A stretch of 64,000 nt of DNA from Squalus acanthias (GCA_030390025.1 JASTWF010000034.1:1488001-1552000); one strand, 5' to 3'. Numbered from the stretch's first letter, positions 24,385-37,596 are shown. Translations and numbers: made by a program. The notes: generated by a model from the letters alone, not told the origin.

Positions 24385-25455
24385 GTCAGGATACAGCGTA
24401 GGGATAATGGGTAAGTACTCAAATTGGCAGGATGTGACTCCTGGTGTCCGGCAGGGCTGTGTTTTGGGGCCTCAGCTATTCACAATATTTATTAATGACT
24501 TAGGTGATGTCATAGAAAGTCATATACCCAAATGTGCCGATGACACAAAGATAGGCAGCATTGTAAGCAGTGTAGGTGAAACCATAAAATTACAAAGGGA
24601 TATTGACAGATTAAGGGAATGGGCAAAACTATGGCAAATGGATTTCAATGTAAGCAAATGTGAGTTCAATCACTTTGGACCCGAAAAGGATAGAACAGGT
24701 TACTTTCTAAATGGTGAAAAGCTAAAAAGAGTGGATGTCCAAAGAGACTTGGGGATTCCAGGTAAATAGATCATTAAAATGTCATGGACAGGTACAGAAA
24801 ATAATCAAAAAGGCTCATGGAATGCTGGCCTTTATATCTAAAGGACTAGATTACAAGGGGGTAGAAGTTATTCTGCAGGTATACAAAACCCTGGTTCGAC
24901 CAAACCTGGAGCACTGTGAGCAGTTCTGGGCACCACACCTACCTTAGGAAGGATATATTGGCCTTGGAGGGAGTGCAGCGCAGGTTTACCAGAACGATAC
25001 CCAGACTTCAAGGGTTAAGTTACGAGGAGAGATTTCACAAATTAGGGTTCTATTCCCTAGAATTTAGAAGGTTAAGGGGTGATCTGAGCGAAGTTTTCAG
25101 GATATTAAGGGGAACAGATAGAGTAGATAGCGAGAAACTATTTCCATTGGTTAGGATACTAGGACTGGAGGCACAGTCTAAGAATTAGAGGCAGTCCTTT
25201 CAGGAGTGAAATTATGAAACACTTCGACACACAAAGTGGTAGAAAGTTGGAACTCTCTTCCACAAACGGAAGTGGATGCCAGATACATTGTTAGTTTTAA
25301 ATCGGAGATTTATTGCTTTTTGTTAACCAAAGGTATGAAGGGATATGGGCCAAAGGTGGGTTTATGGAGTTAGATAGCAGATCAGTAAATGATCGCATTG
25401 AATGGGGCAACAGGCTCGAGGGGCTGAATGGCCGACTCCTCTTCCTATGTTCCTC
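24385..25455 (+). mobile_element. CR1 3' fragment, decayed
   Basis: GVRQGCVLGPQLF, CADDTK and LEGVQRRFT followed by a 3' UTR and tail. Confidence 0.9.
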
Positions 25456-25545
25456 AGTGTAGGATCCGTTGACTTGTTAGCCCTCCCCAAATGCATTACC
25501 TCACACTTCTCCGGATTGAATTCCATTTGACACAATCTTCCTGCA
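25456..25545 (-). mobile_element. Short CR1 ORF2 fragment
   Basis: Minus-strand QMEFNPEKCEVMHLG. Confidence 0.7.
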
Positions 25546-25960
25546 TGTAGCATGAGTTATACACAGAGTAAAGCTCCCTTTACACTGCCCAATCAAACAG
25601 TCCAAGGGCAGGTACAGCACGGGTTAGATAGAGAGATACAGAGTAAAGCTCCCTTTACACTGCCCAATCAAATAGTCCAAGGGCAGGTACAGCACGGGTT
25701 AGATCGAGAGATACAGAATAAAGCTCCCTTTACAATGCCCAATCAAACAGTCCAAGGGATCGAACAGCACGGGTCAGATAGAGAGATACAGACTAAACCT
25801 TCCTCTGCACAGTCCACTCAAACACTCGCAGAGCAGGTACAGCGCGGGTGACATGCAAAGCTCCCTCTAATACAGCATGTGCAGCGTACAGCTCCCTTGA
25901 CACTACCAATGAAGCACAACCAGCTCGGGTACAGCATGGGACGAATACAGAATAAAGATC
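25546..25960 (-). repeat. 67-bp satellite units, reverse orientation, including a 75-bp variant
   Basis: ACAGAGTAAAGCTCCCTTTACACTGCCCAATCAAA repeats with period 75 (25561/25636). Confidence 0.85.
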
Positions 25961-26149
25961 TCACTACATGCAAGTGTGAAACACTCCCGGGTGAGGTACG
26001 GGCAAGGTTTATCTCAGAGTTAAGCTCCGCTCAACTTGCCACATCAAAGGCCAAGCCTGATGGCAGATGTTGACCAGCTCCCAGTATCTGGTTAGACTCT
26101 CACCTCAGCAAAATCCTGGACTGATGGGATTCTCAGTAAACTTCCTCAC

Positions 26150-26580
26150 CTTTCCAATCATTGTTGAAGCTTTCCGTTTTATCCCGTCTCCGACACGGGG
26201 GTCTCGGTCCCACCAGATCTGCTCTCTGAACCCAGCGACATTTCTCTCGTCCAGGTCAGTGAGGCGATGATTCGACTTCTCTCTCTCCACCTTCCTGAGC
26301 TTTTGCTCACTCCCTGTCAACAGTAAAATGATTCATATTAATCCCAGAATACAGGGGGAGCATTTTTGTGACCATAATTATATTCAATGTGATTATTTTT
26401 GCAATTAATCAGTGTATTTGAATTACTTACTTTAATATTGAATAGTTCTTTTCTGTCCATTGCCCTGTTTATTGGGACTAAACTCACCCCCAGTGTCAGC
26501 TGTCACTCCAGCTCCTCCCACACTGACATCCCACTGATGGGCCGTAACGAGGGGCGGGGCTGTTTCCAGGTGACATCACA
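26150..26580 (-). pseudogene. Copy B of the promoter/exon 1/exon 2 module; exon 2 frameshifted
   Basis: Collinear with 13944-14395. Splice sites are kept (26313 acceptor, 26150 and 26488 donors), GC box at 26551-26560. ATG-to-donor distance is 92 nt versus 93 in copy A. Confidence 0.5.
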
Positions 26581-26954
26581 CAGCAGCCAGGAACGAAGTC
26601 ACAAAGCGGCCGGTGCCGCTCCCACTCGAGGTGTCACAGGGTCACATTGACCAGGCTCTGCTCCTGGTGTGCAGTCTCACTGGGCATGAACACAGAGTGT
26701 ACAATCAGCCCCGTCTCCGGGAATGAACCGGGATCCTGCCCTGCATCTCTCCCGAGTTTTATTTCCATCGGTGTAAAATGGGTGGCTGATTCACAATTAC
26801 CCAGTTTGTACTATAGCACCTACTAAACGTCAAACTCTACCCCAGTATTTATTTCCTTCTCTACGTATCTGCTCCCTCACTGTCTCTGCCTCTCTCTCTC
26901 TCTCTCCACAGTGAGGGATGCGTCTGGGGCTGGGATCATACTGTGCGGAAAGGA

Positions 26955-28062
26955 TCAGAATATCAGTTAGCCTCTCTTCCCGCTCCCACATTGTTCCCTC
27001 TGGTGTCCCCCAAGGACCTATCCTTGGCCCCCTCCAATTTCTCATCTACATGTTGCCCCTTGGTGACATCATCCAGAAACAGAGTCAGTTTCCACATGTA
27101 CGCTGACGACACCCAGCTCTACCTCACTACCTCTTCTCTCGACCCCTCCACGGTGTCTAAATTGTCAGACTGCTTGACCGACATCCAGTTCTGGATGAAC
27201 AAAAAGTTTCTCCAAGTAAATATTGGGAAGACCGAAGCCGTTGTTTTCGGTCCCTGCCACCAACACCGTTCCCTTGCCACAGACTCAATCCCTCTCCCTA
27301 ACATCTGTCTGAGGCTGAACCACTCTGTTCGCAACATTGGTGTCATATTTGACCCTGAAATGAGCCTCCGACCACATATCCGCAGCATAACAAAGGCCGC
27401 CTACTTCCACCTCCGTAACATCGCCCGTCTTTCCCTTGCCTCCTCTCATCTGCTGCTGAAACCCTCTTCCATGCCTTTGTTACTTCTAGACTTGACTATT
27501 CCAACGCACTCCTGGCTGGCCTCCCACATTCCACCCTATGGAAACTTGAGGTCATCCAAAGCTCGGCTGCCCCTGCCCTAACTCGTACCATGTCCCGTTC
27601 ACCCATCTCCCCTGTGCTCGCTGACCTACACTGGCTCCCGGTTAAGCAGCACCTCGATTTCAAAATTCTCATCCTTGTTTTCAAATCCCTCCATGGCCTC
27701 GCCCCTTCCTATCTCTAATCTCCTTCAGCCCCACAACCCCCCGAGATATCTGCGCTCCTCTAATTCTGCCCTCTTGAGCATCCCTGATTATAATCGCTCA
27801 ACATTTGGTGGCCGTGCCTTCTGTTGCCTGGGCCCTAAGCTCTGGAATTCCCAACCTAAACCTCTCCGCCTCGCTACCTCTCTTTCCTCCTTGAAGACGC
27901 TCCTTAAAACCTTCCTCTTTGACCAAGCTTTTAGTCACCTGTCCGAATTTATCCTTCTATGGCTCAATGTCAAAATTGTTTGTCTTAAAATACTCCTGTG
28001 AAGCGCCTTGGGACGTTTTACTACGTTAAAGGCGCTATTTAAACACAAGTTATTGTTGTTGT
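26955..28062 (+). mobile_element. L2-clade LINE 3' portion
   Basis: GVPQGPILGPLQFLIYMLPLG, HMYADDTQLYL, LHWLPV and GRAFCCLGPKLWNS; tail GTGAAGCGCCTTGGGACG..AAAGGCGCTAT..(GTT)n. Confidence 0.9.
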
Positions 28063-28077
28063 ACATCTCTGGCTCTA

Positions 28078-28200
28078 TTGAATCATAGAATGGTTACAGC
28101 ACAGAATGAGGCCTTACGGCCCATCGAGCCCGTGCCGGCTCTCTGCAAGAGCACTTCAGCAAGTCCCTTCTCCCCCACCCTTTCCCCGTAGCACTGCAAA
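28078..28200 (-). mobile_element. CR1-type 3' tail
   Basis: ATAGAATGGTTACAGCACAGAA..GGCC..CGGCCCATCGAGCC. Confidence 0.7.
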
Positions 28201-30760
28201 TATACCCCACACCCCTCACTGTAACACTGATATACCCCACACCCCTCACTGTAACAGTGATATACCCCACACCCCTCACTGTAACAGTGATATACCCCAC
28301 ACCCCTCACTGCAACACTGATATACCCCACACCCCTCACTGCAACACTGAAATACCCCACACCCCTCACTGTAACACTGATATACCTCACACCCCTCACT
28401 GTAACACTGATATACCCCACACCCCTCACTGTAACACAGATATACCCCACACCCCACACTGTAACACACTGATATACCCCACACCCCTCACTGTAACACT
28501 GATATACCCCACACCCCACACTGTAACACACTGATATACCCCACACCCCTCACTGTAACACTGATATACCCCACACCCCACACTGTAACACACTGATATA
28601 CCCCACACCCCTCACTGTAACACTGATATACCCCACACCCCTCACTGCAACACTGATATACCCCACACCCCTCACTGCAACACTGAAATACCCCACACCC
28701 CTCACTGTAACACTGATATACCCCACACCCCTCACTGTAACACTGATATACCCCATACCCGTCACTGTCACACTGATATACCCCACACCCCTCACTGTAA
28801 CACTGATATACCCCACACCCCTCACTGTCACACTGATATACCCCACACCCCTCACTGCAACACTGATATACCCCACACCCCTCAATGCAACACTGATATA
28901 CCCCACACCCCTCACTGTAACACTGATATACCCCACACCCCTCAATGTAATACTGATATACCCCACATCCCACACTGTAACACTGATATACCCCACACCC
29001 CTCACTGTAACACTGATATATCCCACACTGTAACACTGATATACCCCACACCCCTCACGGTCACACACTGATATACCCCACACCCCTCACTGTAACACAC
29101 TGATATACCCCACACCCCTCACTGATATACCCACACTCCTCACTGTAACACTCATATACCCCACACCCCTCACTGTAACACTGATATACCCCACACCCTC
29201 ACTTATATACCCCACACCCTCACTGTAATATACCCCACACCCCTCACTGTAACACTGATATACCCCACACCCCTCACTGCAACACTGATATGATATACCC
29301 CACACCCCTCACTGTAACACTGATATAACCCACACCCCACACTGTAACACTGAGATACCCCACACCCCTCACTGCAACACTGATATACCCCACACCCCTC
29401 ACTGCAACACTGATATACCCCACACCCTTCACTGCAACACTGATATACCCCACACCCTTCACTGTAACACTGATATACCCCACACCCTTCACTGTAACAC
29501 TGATATACCCCACATCCTTCACTGTAACACTGATATACCCCACACCCCTCATTGTAACACTGATATACCCCACACCCTTCACTGTAACACTGATATACCC
29601 CACACCCCTCACTGTAACACTGATATACCCCACACCCTTCACTGTAACACTGATATACCCCACACCCTTCACTGTAACACTGATATACCCCACACCCTTC
29701 ACTGTAACACTGATATACCCCACACCCTTCACTGTAACACTGATATACCCCACACCCTTCACTGTAACACTGATATACCCCACACCCCTCACTGTAACAC
29801 TGATATACTCCACACCCCACACTGTAACACTGATATACCCCACACCCCACACTGATATACCCCACGCCCCTCACTGTGACACTGATATACCCCACGCCCC
29901 TCACTGTAACACACTGATATACCCCACGCCCCTCACTGTAAGACACAGATATACCCCACGCCCCTCACTGTAACACTGATGTACCCCACGCCCCTCACTG
30001 TAACACTGATATACCCCACGCCCCTCACTGTAACACTGATATACCCCACACCCCTCACTGTAACACTGATATACCCCACGCCCTTCACTGTAACACTGAT
30101 GTACCCCACGCCCCTCACTGTAACACACTGATGTACCCCACGCCCCTCACTGTAACACTGATGTACCCCACGCCCCTCACTGTAACACTGATATATCCCA
30201 CACCCCACACTGATATACCCCACGCCCCTCACTGTGACACTGATATACCCCACGCCCCTCACTGTAACACACTGATATACCCCACGCCCCTCACTGTAAG
30301 ACACAGATATACCCCACGCCCCTCACTGTAACACTGATGTACCCCACGCCCCTCACTGTAACACTGATATACCCCACGCCCCTCACTGTAACACTGATAT
30401 ACCCCACACCCCTCACTGTAACACTGATATACCCCACGCCCCTCACTGTAACACTGATGTACCCCACGCCCCTCACTGTAACACACTGATGTACCCCACG
30501 CCCCTCACTGTAACACTGATGTACCCCACGCCCCTCACTGTAACACTGATATATCCCACACCCCACACTGTAACACTGATATACCCCACGCCCCACACTG
30601 TAACACTGATGTACCCCACGCCCCTCACTGTAACACTGATATACCCCACGCCCCACACTGTAACAATGATGTACCCCACGCCCCTCACTGTAACACTGAT
30701 ATACCCCACACCCCTCACTGTAACACTGATGTACCCCAAGCCCCTCACTGTAACACACAG
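28200..30760. repeat. 30-bp tandem satellite (ACTGATATACCCCACACCCCTCACTGTAAC)n
   Basis: Direct reading; ~85 units with variant blocks. Confidence 0.95.
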
Positions 30761-30782
30761 AAATAGCCCACAGCCCTAATAG

Positions 30783-31210
30783 TGCAGCTGCTGGTTGCGT
30801 GGGCCGGGCAGCTGCTGGTTGCGCGGGCCGGGCAGCTGCTGGTTCCGCGGGCCGGGCAGCTGCTGGTTCCGCGGGCCGGGCAGCTGCTGGTTCCGCGGGC
30901 CGGGCAGCTGCTGGTTCCGCGGGCCGGGCAGCTGCTGGTTCCGCGGGCCGGGCAGCTGCTGGTTCCGTGGGCCGGGCAGCTGCTGGTTCCGCGGGCCGGG
31001 CAGCTGCTGGTTCCGCGGGCCGGGCAGCTGCTGGTTCCGCGGGCCGGGCAGCTGCTGGTGGTTCCGCGAGCCGGGCAGCTGCTGGTTGCGCGGGCCGGGC
31101 AGCTGCTGGTTGCGCGGGCCGGGCAGCTGCTGGTGGTTCCGCGGGCCGGGCAGCTGCTGGTTCCGCGGGCCGGGCAGCTGCTGGTTCCGCGGGCCGGGCA
31201 GCTGCTGGTT
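30783..31210. repeat. 24-bp GC/CpG-rich minisatellite (CAGCTGCTGGTTCCGCGGGCCGGG)n, ~18 units
   Basis: Direct reading; near-identical units with two 27-bp variants. Confidence 0.95.
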
Positions 31211-31374
31211 TAGTGGGGAGGTGAGCTGTTATCATTCATTGTGCTTGCCCATTAATCTCTATCAGTTTGTTCTTTACCCTCCAACAAAGGATTGTTCATT
31301 ACCTGCTTCTGTAACCTTCAAACCCTCACAGCTTCCAATGTCCTTTACAAAAGGGACTGATTCTCTGTCCACAC

Positions 31375-34300
31375 TCCGCAGCAGTCGGACGGTTTGCACC
31401 TGAACCAGAGCGGGACAAATATCCTTGCGGGGAGGTTTGCTAGCACTGTTTGGGGGGGGGGTGGGTGGGTTTAAACTACTTGGCAGGGGGATGGGATACA
31501 GAGTGGAGCTACAATAGGGGCTGATGTACAGTCAAATATAGAGAAAAAAACAAGTCAGCTTGGAAGACAGGGCAAACTTGTAAGAGCAAGGCTGGAAGGC
31601 ATCTATTTTAATGCAAGGAGTCTAGCGAATAAGGTGGTTGAACTGAAGGTGTTGATAAACACATGGGAGTATGATATTGTTGCTATCACGGAAACATGGT
31701 TGAGGGAGGGGCAAGACTGGCAGCTCAATATTCCGGGGTACAGAATCTTCAGGCGAGACAGAGGGGGAGGTATAAGAGGAGGGAGTGTCGCAATATTAAT
31801 TAAGGAATCAATTACTGCCATAAGGAGGGATGATATATTAGCAGGTTCCTCCAATGAGGCTATATGGGTGGAGCTTAAAAACAAAAAGGGGGCAAACACT
31901 TTGCTGGGAGCGTACTATAGGCCCCCAAACAGTCAGGGGGAGATTGAGGAACAGATATGTAGGCAAATCTCAGAGAAATGTGCAAATAATAGGGTAATAA
32001 TAATGGGGGATTTCAACTTCCCCAATATTAACTTGGATAGTCAGAGTGTGAAAGGCTTAGAGGGTTCAAAATTCTTAAAGTGCATCCAGGAGAGCTTTTT
32101 GAGCCAGCATGCAGAAAGTCCTACAAGAGAGGGGGCGGTACTGGACCTAATTCTAGGGAATGTGGCCGGCCAAGTGGAAGAAGTGGTAGTAGGTGAGCAC
32201 TTTGGTGACAGTGACCATAATACGGTGAGATTTAAGGTGGTCATGGAAAAGGACAGGGATGGGCCGGAAATAAAGGTTCTAAATTGGGGGAACGCCGATT
32301 TTAATAGGATAAGGCAGGATCTGGCCAAAATGGACTGGGATCAGCTGCTTGTAGGAAAATCCGCATCGGAGCAATGGGATTCTTTCAGAAGGGAGATTGA
32401 GATCATACAATGGCAGCATGTTCCCGTAAAGGTCAAGGGTGGTTCCAAAAACCCCAGGGAACCTTGGATGTCAGGGGATATACGAGAATGGATTAGGAAA
32501 AAAAGGAGGGCTTTTGGCAGATACAAAATGCTAAAGACAGAGGAAGCACTAGAGGAGTACAAAAAGTGCAGGGAATACTTAAAAAAGAAATTAGGAGATC
32601 AAAGAGGGGCCATGAAATAACACTGGCGAGCAAAATAAAGGAAAATCCTAAGATGTTTTATAAGTATATTAAGGGTAAGAGGATAACTAGGGAAAAAATA
32701 GGGCCCATTAGGGACAAAAGTGGCAATCTGTGTGTGGAGCCGGAAGATGTAGGTGGGGTTCTAAATGAATATTTTGCATCTGTTTTCACTATGGAGAAGG
32801 ACGATGCAGACATAAAATTAGGGCAGGGGGACTGTGATATACTCGAACATTTTAACATCGAGGGGGAGGAGGTATTGGCGGTTTTAGCAGGTCTAAAAAT
32901 GGATAAATCCCCAGGCCCGGACGAAATGTATCCCAGGCTGCTGTGTGAGGCAAAGGAGGAGATTGCAGGGGCTCTAACACATATATTCAGAACCTCTCTG
33001 GCCACAGGGGATGTGCCAGAGGACTGGAGAACCGCTAATGTAGTACCATTATTCAAGAAAGGGAGTAGGGAAAAACCGGGGAACTACAGGCCAGTGAGCT
33101 TAACATCAGTGGTAGGAAAATTATTGGAAAAAATTCTCCACTTGGAGAGGCAAGGATTAATCAGGGTTAGCCAACATGGCTTTGTCAAGGGAAGATCATG
33201 TCTGACTAATTTGATTGAATGTTTTGAGGGGGTGACTAGGTGTGTGGATGAGGGTAACGCAGTGGATGTGGTATACGTGGATTTCAGTAAGGCCTTCGAT
33301 AAAGTCCCGCACAGGAGACTGATCAAGAAGGTAAGAGCCCATGGAATCCAGGGTGCCTTGGCACATTGGATACAAAACTGGCTCAGTGGCAGAAGGCAGA
33401 GGGTGATGGTCGAAGGTTGTTTTTGTGACTGGAAGCCTGTGGCCAGTGGGGTACCACAGGGATCGGTGCTGGGTCCCTTGCTGTTTGTGGTCGACATTAA
33501 TGACTTGGATATGAATGTAAAAGATATGATCAGTAAGTTCGCGGATGATACAAAAATTGGTAGGGTGGTAAATAGCGAGGAGGGTAGCCTCAGTCTGCAG
33601 GATGATATAGATGGGTTGGTCAGATGGGCGGAACAGTGGCAAATGGAATTTAATCCGGAAAAGTGCGAGGTGATGCACTTTGGAGGGACTAACAAGGCAA
33701 GGGAATACACAATGAATGGTAAGACCCGAGGCAAGACGGAGGGTCAGAGGGATCTTGGTGTGCAAGTACACAGATCCCTGAAGGCGGCGGAACAGGTGGA
33801 TAAGGTGGTAAAAAAGGCATATGGGATACTTGCATTCATTAGCCGAGGCATAGAATATAAGAGCAAGGAGGTTATGATGGAGCTGTACAAAACGCTAGTT
33901 AGGCCACAGCTGGAATACTGTGTGCAGTTCTGGTCGCCACACTACAGGAAGGATGTGATTGCATTGGAGAGGGTGCAGAGGAGATTCACCAGGATGTTAC
34001 CTGGGCTGGAGCGTTTCAGCTATGAAGAGAGACTGGGCAGATTGGGTTTGTTTTCCTTGGAGCAGAGGAGGCTGAGGGGGGACATGATTGAGGTGTACAA
34101 AATTATGAGGGGCATAGATCGGATGGATACTAAGCAGCTTTTTCCCTTAGTAGAGGGGTCTATAACAAGGGGGCATAGATTCAAGGTAAAGGGCGGGAGG
34201 TTTAGAAGGGATTTGAGAAAGAACTTTTTCACCCAGAGGGTGGTTGGAGTCTGGAACTCACTGCCTGAAAGGGTTGTGGAGGCAGGAACCCTCACAACAT

Positions 34301-34452
34301 TCAAGAAGCATTTGGATGAGCACTTGAAATGCCATAGCATACAAGGCTACGGACCAAATGCTGGAATATGGGATTAGATTAGACAGGGCTTGATGGCCGG
34401 CACGGACACGATGGGCCGAAGGGCCTCTATCCGTGCTGTATAACTCTATGAC
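31375..34452 (+). mobile_element. CR1 LINE (second subfamily): ORF1 end plus ORF2 with one frameshift at ~32580
   Basis: YFNARS, AITETW, MGDFN, SDH, GVPQGSVLGP and KFADDTK; frameshift in an A-run, small deletion near LEKILHLERQ; 3' tail at ~34440. Confidence 0.95.
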
Positions 34453-34674
34453 AGTCCTCCAGACACCCTGCTGGCATTAAATTCAATCTTCACACTCACC
34501 CCTGCTTGGCAGCAGATGTGTCTCTATCTGGAGTGTGTTTTAAACTAACTTAATCCCCAGTTATTCACGCTTAATATTGAAATAATTGTATTTGTCAACC
34601 AGTGTATTCTATTTAATAATCTATACATAGCAATACTTACAAGAACTTTTAAAATGTCTGCTTTCAGAGTAAAT

Positions 34675-35344
34675 TCGCTGGTGTTTCAGCAGACTGGATG
34701 ACCTTGTGAATCCCTTCGCACACACGGAGCAGGTGAACGGATTCTCTCCAGTGTGAACATGCTGGTGTTCAATGAGGTGGGATGACTGAATCTCTTCCCA
34801 CAGTGAAAGCGACTGAACAGTCTCTCGTCAGCATGAACTCGCTGGTGTTTCAGCAGGATGGATGACCGACTGAATCCCTTCCCACATACGGAGCAGGTGA
34901 ACAGTCTCTCCCCAGTGTAACTGCGCCGATGAATTTGCATCTCAGACGGTTAACTGAATCCCTTCTCACAGTCCCCACATTCCCATGGTTTCTCCAAGGC
35001 CCATCTGTCTCTCCAGGTTGGACGATCGGTTGAAGCCTTGTCCACACACAGAACACGTGTACGGTTTCTCCCCGCTGTGAATGGTGCGAAGTTTTTTCAG
35101 TCTGTGTAACATGGTTACAGCTCTCTCCACAGTCAGTGCACTGGAACACTCTCGCTCAAGTGTGAATGGGTCTCGGTGCTTTCCCAGTCACATGATGTTT
35201 GAAATCCTTTCCCACACACAAGAACAGTGAAAGATTTCTCCTTCCACATTCAAAGGCCGGTCCTGATGAATCGAGTGACTCTGTCAGATCTTGGCGTGAT
35301 GTTTGGTTGAGTTTCTTGTCTGAAAATCCTCCCCTTCCAATACC
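34675..35344 (-). pseudogene. C2H2 zinc-finger array exon, decayed
   Basis: HRRSYTGERLFTCSVCGKGFSRSSILLKHQRVH, FQCTDCG and TGE-type linkers broken by frameshifts; acceptor ctccttttttcAG at 35345. Confidence 0.85.
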
Positions 35345-35574
35345 CTGAAAAAAGGAGATTACAAAATTCATCACTAAGTACAGGACAGAAATTCAGAACA
35401 GACAATTCTAGTTTCTATGGAACAATCTTTCCTCTCTTGTTTCCCCCAAATGCTGTAAATTCCTGTCCCACACACTCTCCCTCTCCCTGTGTTGAAATCC
35501 TTACCCATTGCACCATATCTTTGCACCTCTCCCTCCCTCTGCTCTGCTTGGCTCCAGTTCTACAGACCCTGTGT

Positions 35575-36096
35575 GCAATGAGTGTGATGGAATACTCTCC
35601 ACTTGCCTGGATGAGTACAGCTCCAACAATACTCAAGAAGCTCGACACTATCCAGGACAAAGCAGCCCGCTTGATTGACACCCCATCCATCACCTTAAAC
35701 ATTCACTCCCTCCACCACCGGCGTACTGTGGCTTGTACCATCGACAAGATGCACTGCAGCAGCTCGCCAAGGCTTCATCGGCAGCACCTCCCAAACCCAC
35801 GACCTCTTCCACCTAGAAGGACAAGGGCAGCAGGCACATGGTAACACCACCACCTCCAAGTTCCCCTCCAAGTCATGCACCATCCTGATTTGGAATTATA
35901 TCGCCGATCCTTCATCGTCGCTGGTTCAAAATCCTGGAACTCCCTCACTAACAGCACTGTGGGAGTACCTTCACCACACGGACTGCAGCGGTTCTAGAAG
36001 GTGGCTCACCACCAACTTCTCAAGGGCAGTTAGGGATGGGCAATAAATGCTGGTTTTGCCAGGGATGCCCACATCCCATAAACGAATATTAAAAAA
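35575..36096 (+). mobile_element. 3' end of the LINE family seen at 412-1220
   Basis: SVMEYSPLAWMS..LDTIQDKAARLI..SLHHRR; ends CAATAAATGCTGG..CCCACATCCCAT..AAAAA. Confidence 0.8.
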
Positions 36097-36099
36097 TGC

Positions 36100-36700
36100 T
36101 TCTGCTGCAGCTGCTCTGGGAGAGGGCCGCGCATGCGCCCTGACACCCGCCCTGTCCAAGATGGCGGCGCGGGGACAAGTCCCGCCTACCTTCACCAAGA
36201 TGGCGGTCGGTTGCCGGGGTAACCCGGGCCTGTAGCCGCGGTGAAAGCCTTCAGCAAGGTGGCGGACAGTCGCCCGCTCACCCCGGCGGCCGGGCCAGGC
36301 GCCGCGGCGGAAACACTTGTCCCGCCGGGTCTTATTCCGTGCCTGAGGCCTACGCCGGGTGTTTATTAGGTTTCGCAGTCCAGCCGCGGCGCCTATTCCT
36401 CCCCGGCCCCCACAATCTCCTCCCGCCTCCCGAATCGCTTGTTCCGCCATTAGTACAACAGGAAATGCTCTGACGAAGGTCATCGACCTGAACCGTTCGA
36501 TCTGCTTCTCTCGAATCGTTGTTGTTGTTGATCTTTCATTGATTCTAAACGTCATCACCCGCACTGCGCTTGCTCGGACCACGCCCCGGACCCGCGCCTG
36601 CGCACTTGGCTCCTGTAGTCATTGATAGGGCACTTTCTGCCGCGCGGGGGATCCTGGGTAAATACACCGCCATTGAATGCTCCAATTGGTGAAACGAACA
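36100..36700. promoter_or_regulatory. CpG island, likely promoter of the ZNF locus
   Basis: CpG-dense; NRF1-type GCGCATGCGC at ~36129; two YY1-type CAAGATGGCGG at ~36157 and ~36197; CCAAT at ~36682. Confidence 0.6.
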
Positions 36701-36825
36701 TTCACATATTCAGATTGGGCCGTTGTTCACTATCTGTAGGGGGGTGACATTAAGTTGCCCCAGTGTCAGCAGGCGGGAAAATAACCCATTAAGGCAAGTG
36801 TCCCAGCACACCACAAATCTCCAGT

Positions 36826-36932
36826 AACAGTTCTGACAAAGGGCCATCGACCCGAAACTTTGGCTCTGTTTCTCTCTCCTCGGTGCTGCCTGACCTGCTG
36901 AGTGTTTCCAGCATTTTCGGTTGTTTTTCCAG
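36826..36932 (+). mobile_element. Isolated Penelope terminal fragment with degenerate hammerhead
   Basis: Matches 46389-46490 (CAGTTCTGAC.AAGGG.CATCGACC.GAAAC..GCTGCCTGACCTGCTGAG). Confidence 0.75.
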
Positions 36933-37039
36933 TAATAAGTATGTACAATACAGACACACACACAAACAATGAGGATCGATTATCACCTCACTGATCTGCG
37001 GTGCCCTCCGGGGCCACCTGGGCACGGACAAGACCGCGG

Positions 37040-37315
37040 AAGAGGAGCTGGAATCCAGAGACACCCTCGCACCCCATGGGCCCCGCCTACCCTGAACCTA
37101 CAAATTGCTGATTCCGCCAAGTCCAAAAGCAGGTCCAGGAGAAGATCTGCCGCCTCACTCACCCCACTCTGCACCAGGCGGCCAAAGATTAGGAGCCTGG
37201 GGCTAAAATGTAACCAAAAGTTGAGCAGCTGCCACTTCAGGTAACGATACTGAGGCTGCAACCTCTCACATTGAAAATACATATGGCCCATGGAATCCTC
37301 AAGGCCGTAAAAACC
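37040..37315 (-). mobile_element. Tx1/L1-type ORF2 C-terminal fragment
   Basis: SMGHMYFQCERLQP (H-x4-C end of a CCHC knuckle) followed by LLNFWLHFSPRLLIFG..LLLDLAESAI. Confidence 0.6.
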
Positions 37316-37596
37316 ACGGCCGGAATTGTGCCTACCTGGGCAGGTCTGGTGCGGGCGATGGCAATGACGGGTCGTGACCCCGCTGCTGAAAATGACTTTA
37401 TGTTAATCGGGCCTATTAAGCCCGCCCAGCGCGTTACCCGGTCTAATTAAATGATGCGGGTCTGGTCTGTTGACGTAATCGATGACGCCTTTTCAGCCGG
37501 GAGCTTAAAAGGGGCCATGGCCACGTTGGATTTGAATGTCAATGTAACATAGTGCTGCCGGTGCACTGCAGCATTGGAGTGCTGCAAACACTGACA

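Noticed and set aside
26700..26760. tRNA gene (minus-strand CCCGGTTCATTCCCGG, B-box-like)
   Set aside because: No A box, D arm or acceptor stem could be built; at most a SINE/tRNA relic.
28083..31403. Cys/Tyr-rich (keratin-associated-like) and Ala/Pro-rich ORFs
   Set aside because: Translations of the 30-bp and 24-bp tandem repeats, open in several frames on both strands.
32658..34340. Antisense ORFs recurring opposite CR1 ORF2 (also at 12.6, 22.3, 41.7 and 58.9 kb)
   Set aside because: Expected shadow ORFs of homologous coding sequence; inconsistent starts and no recognisable domain.
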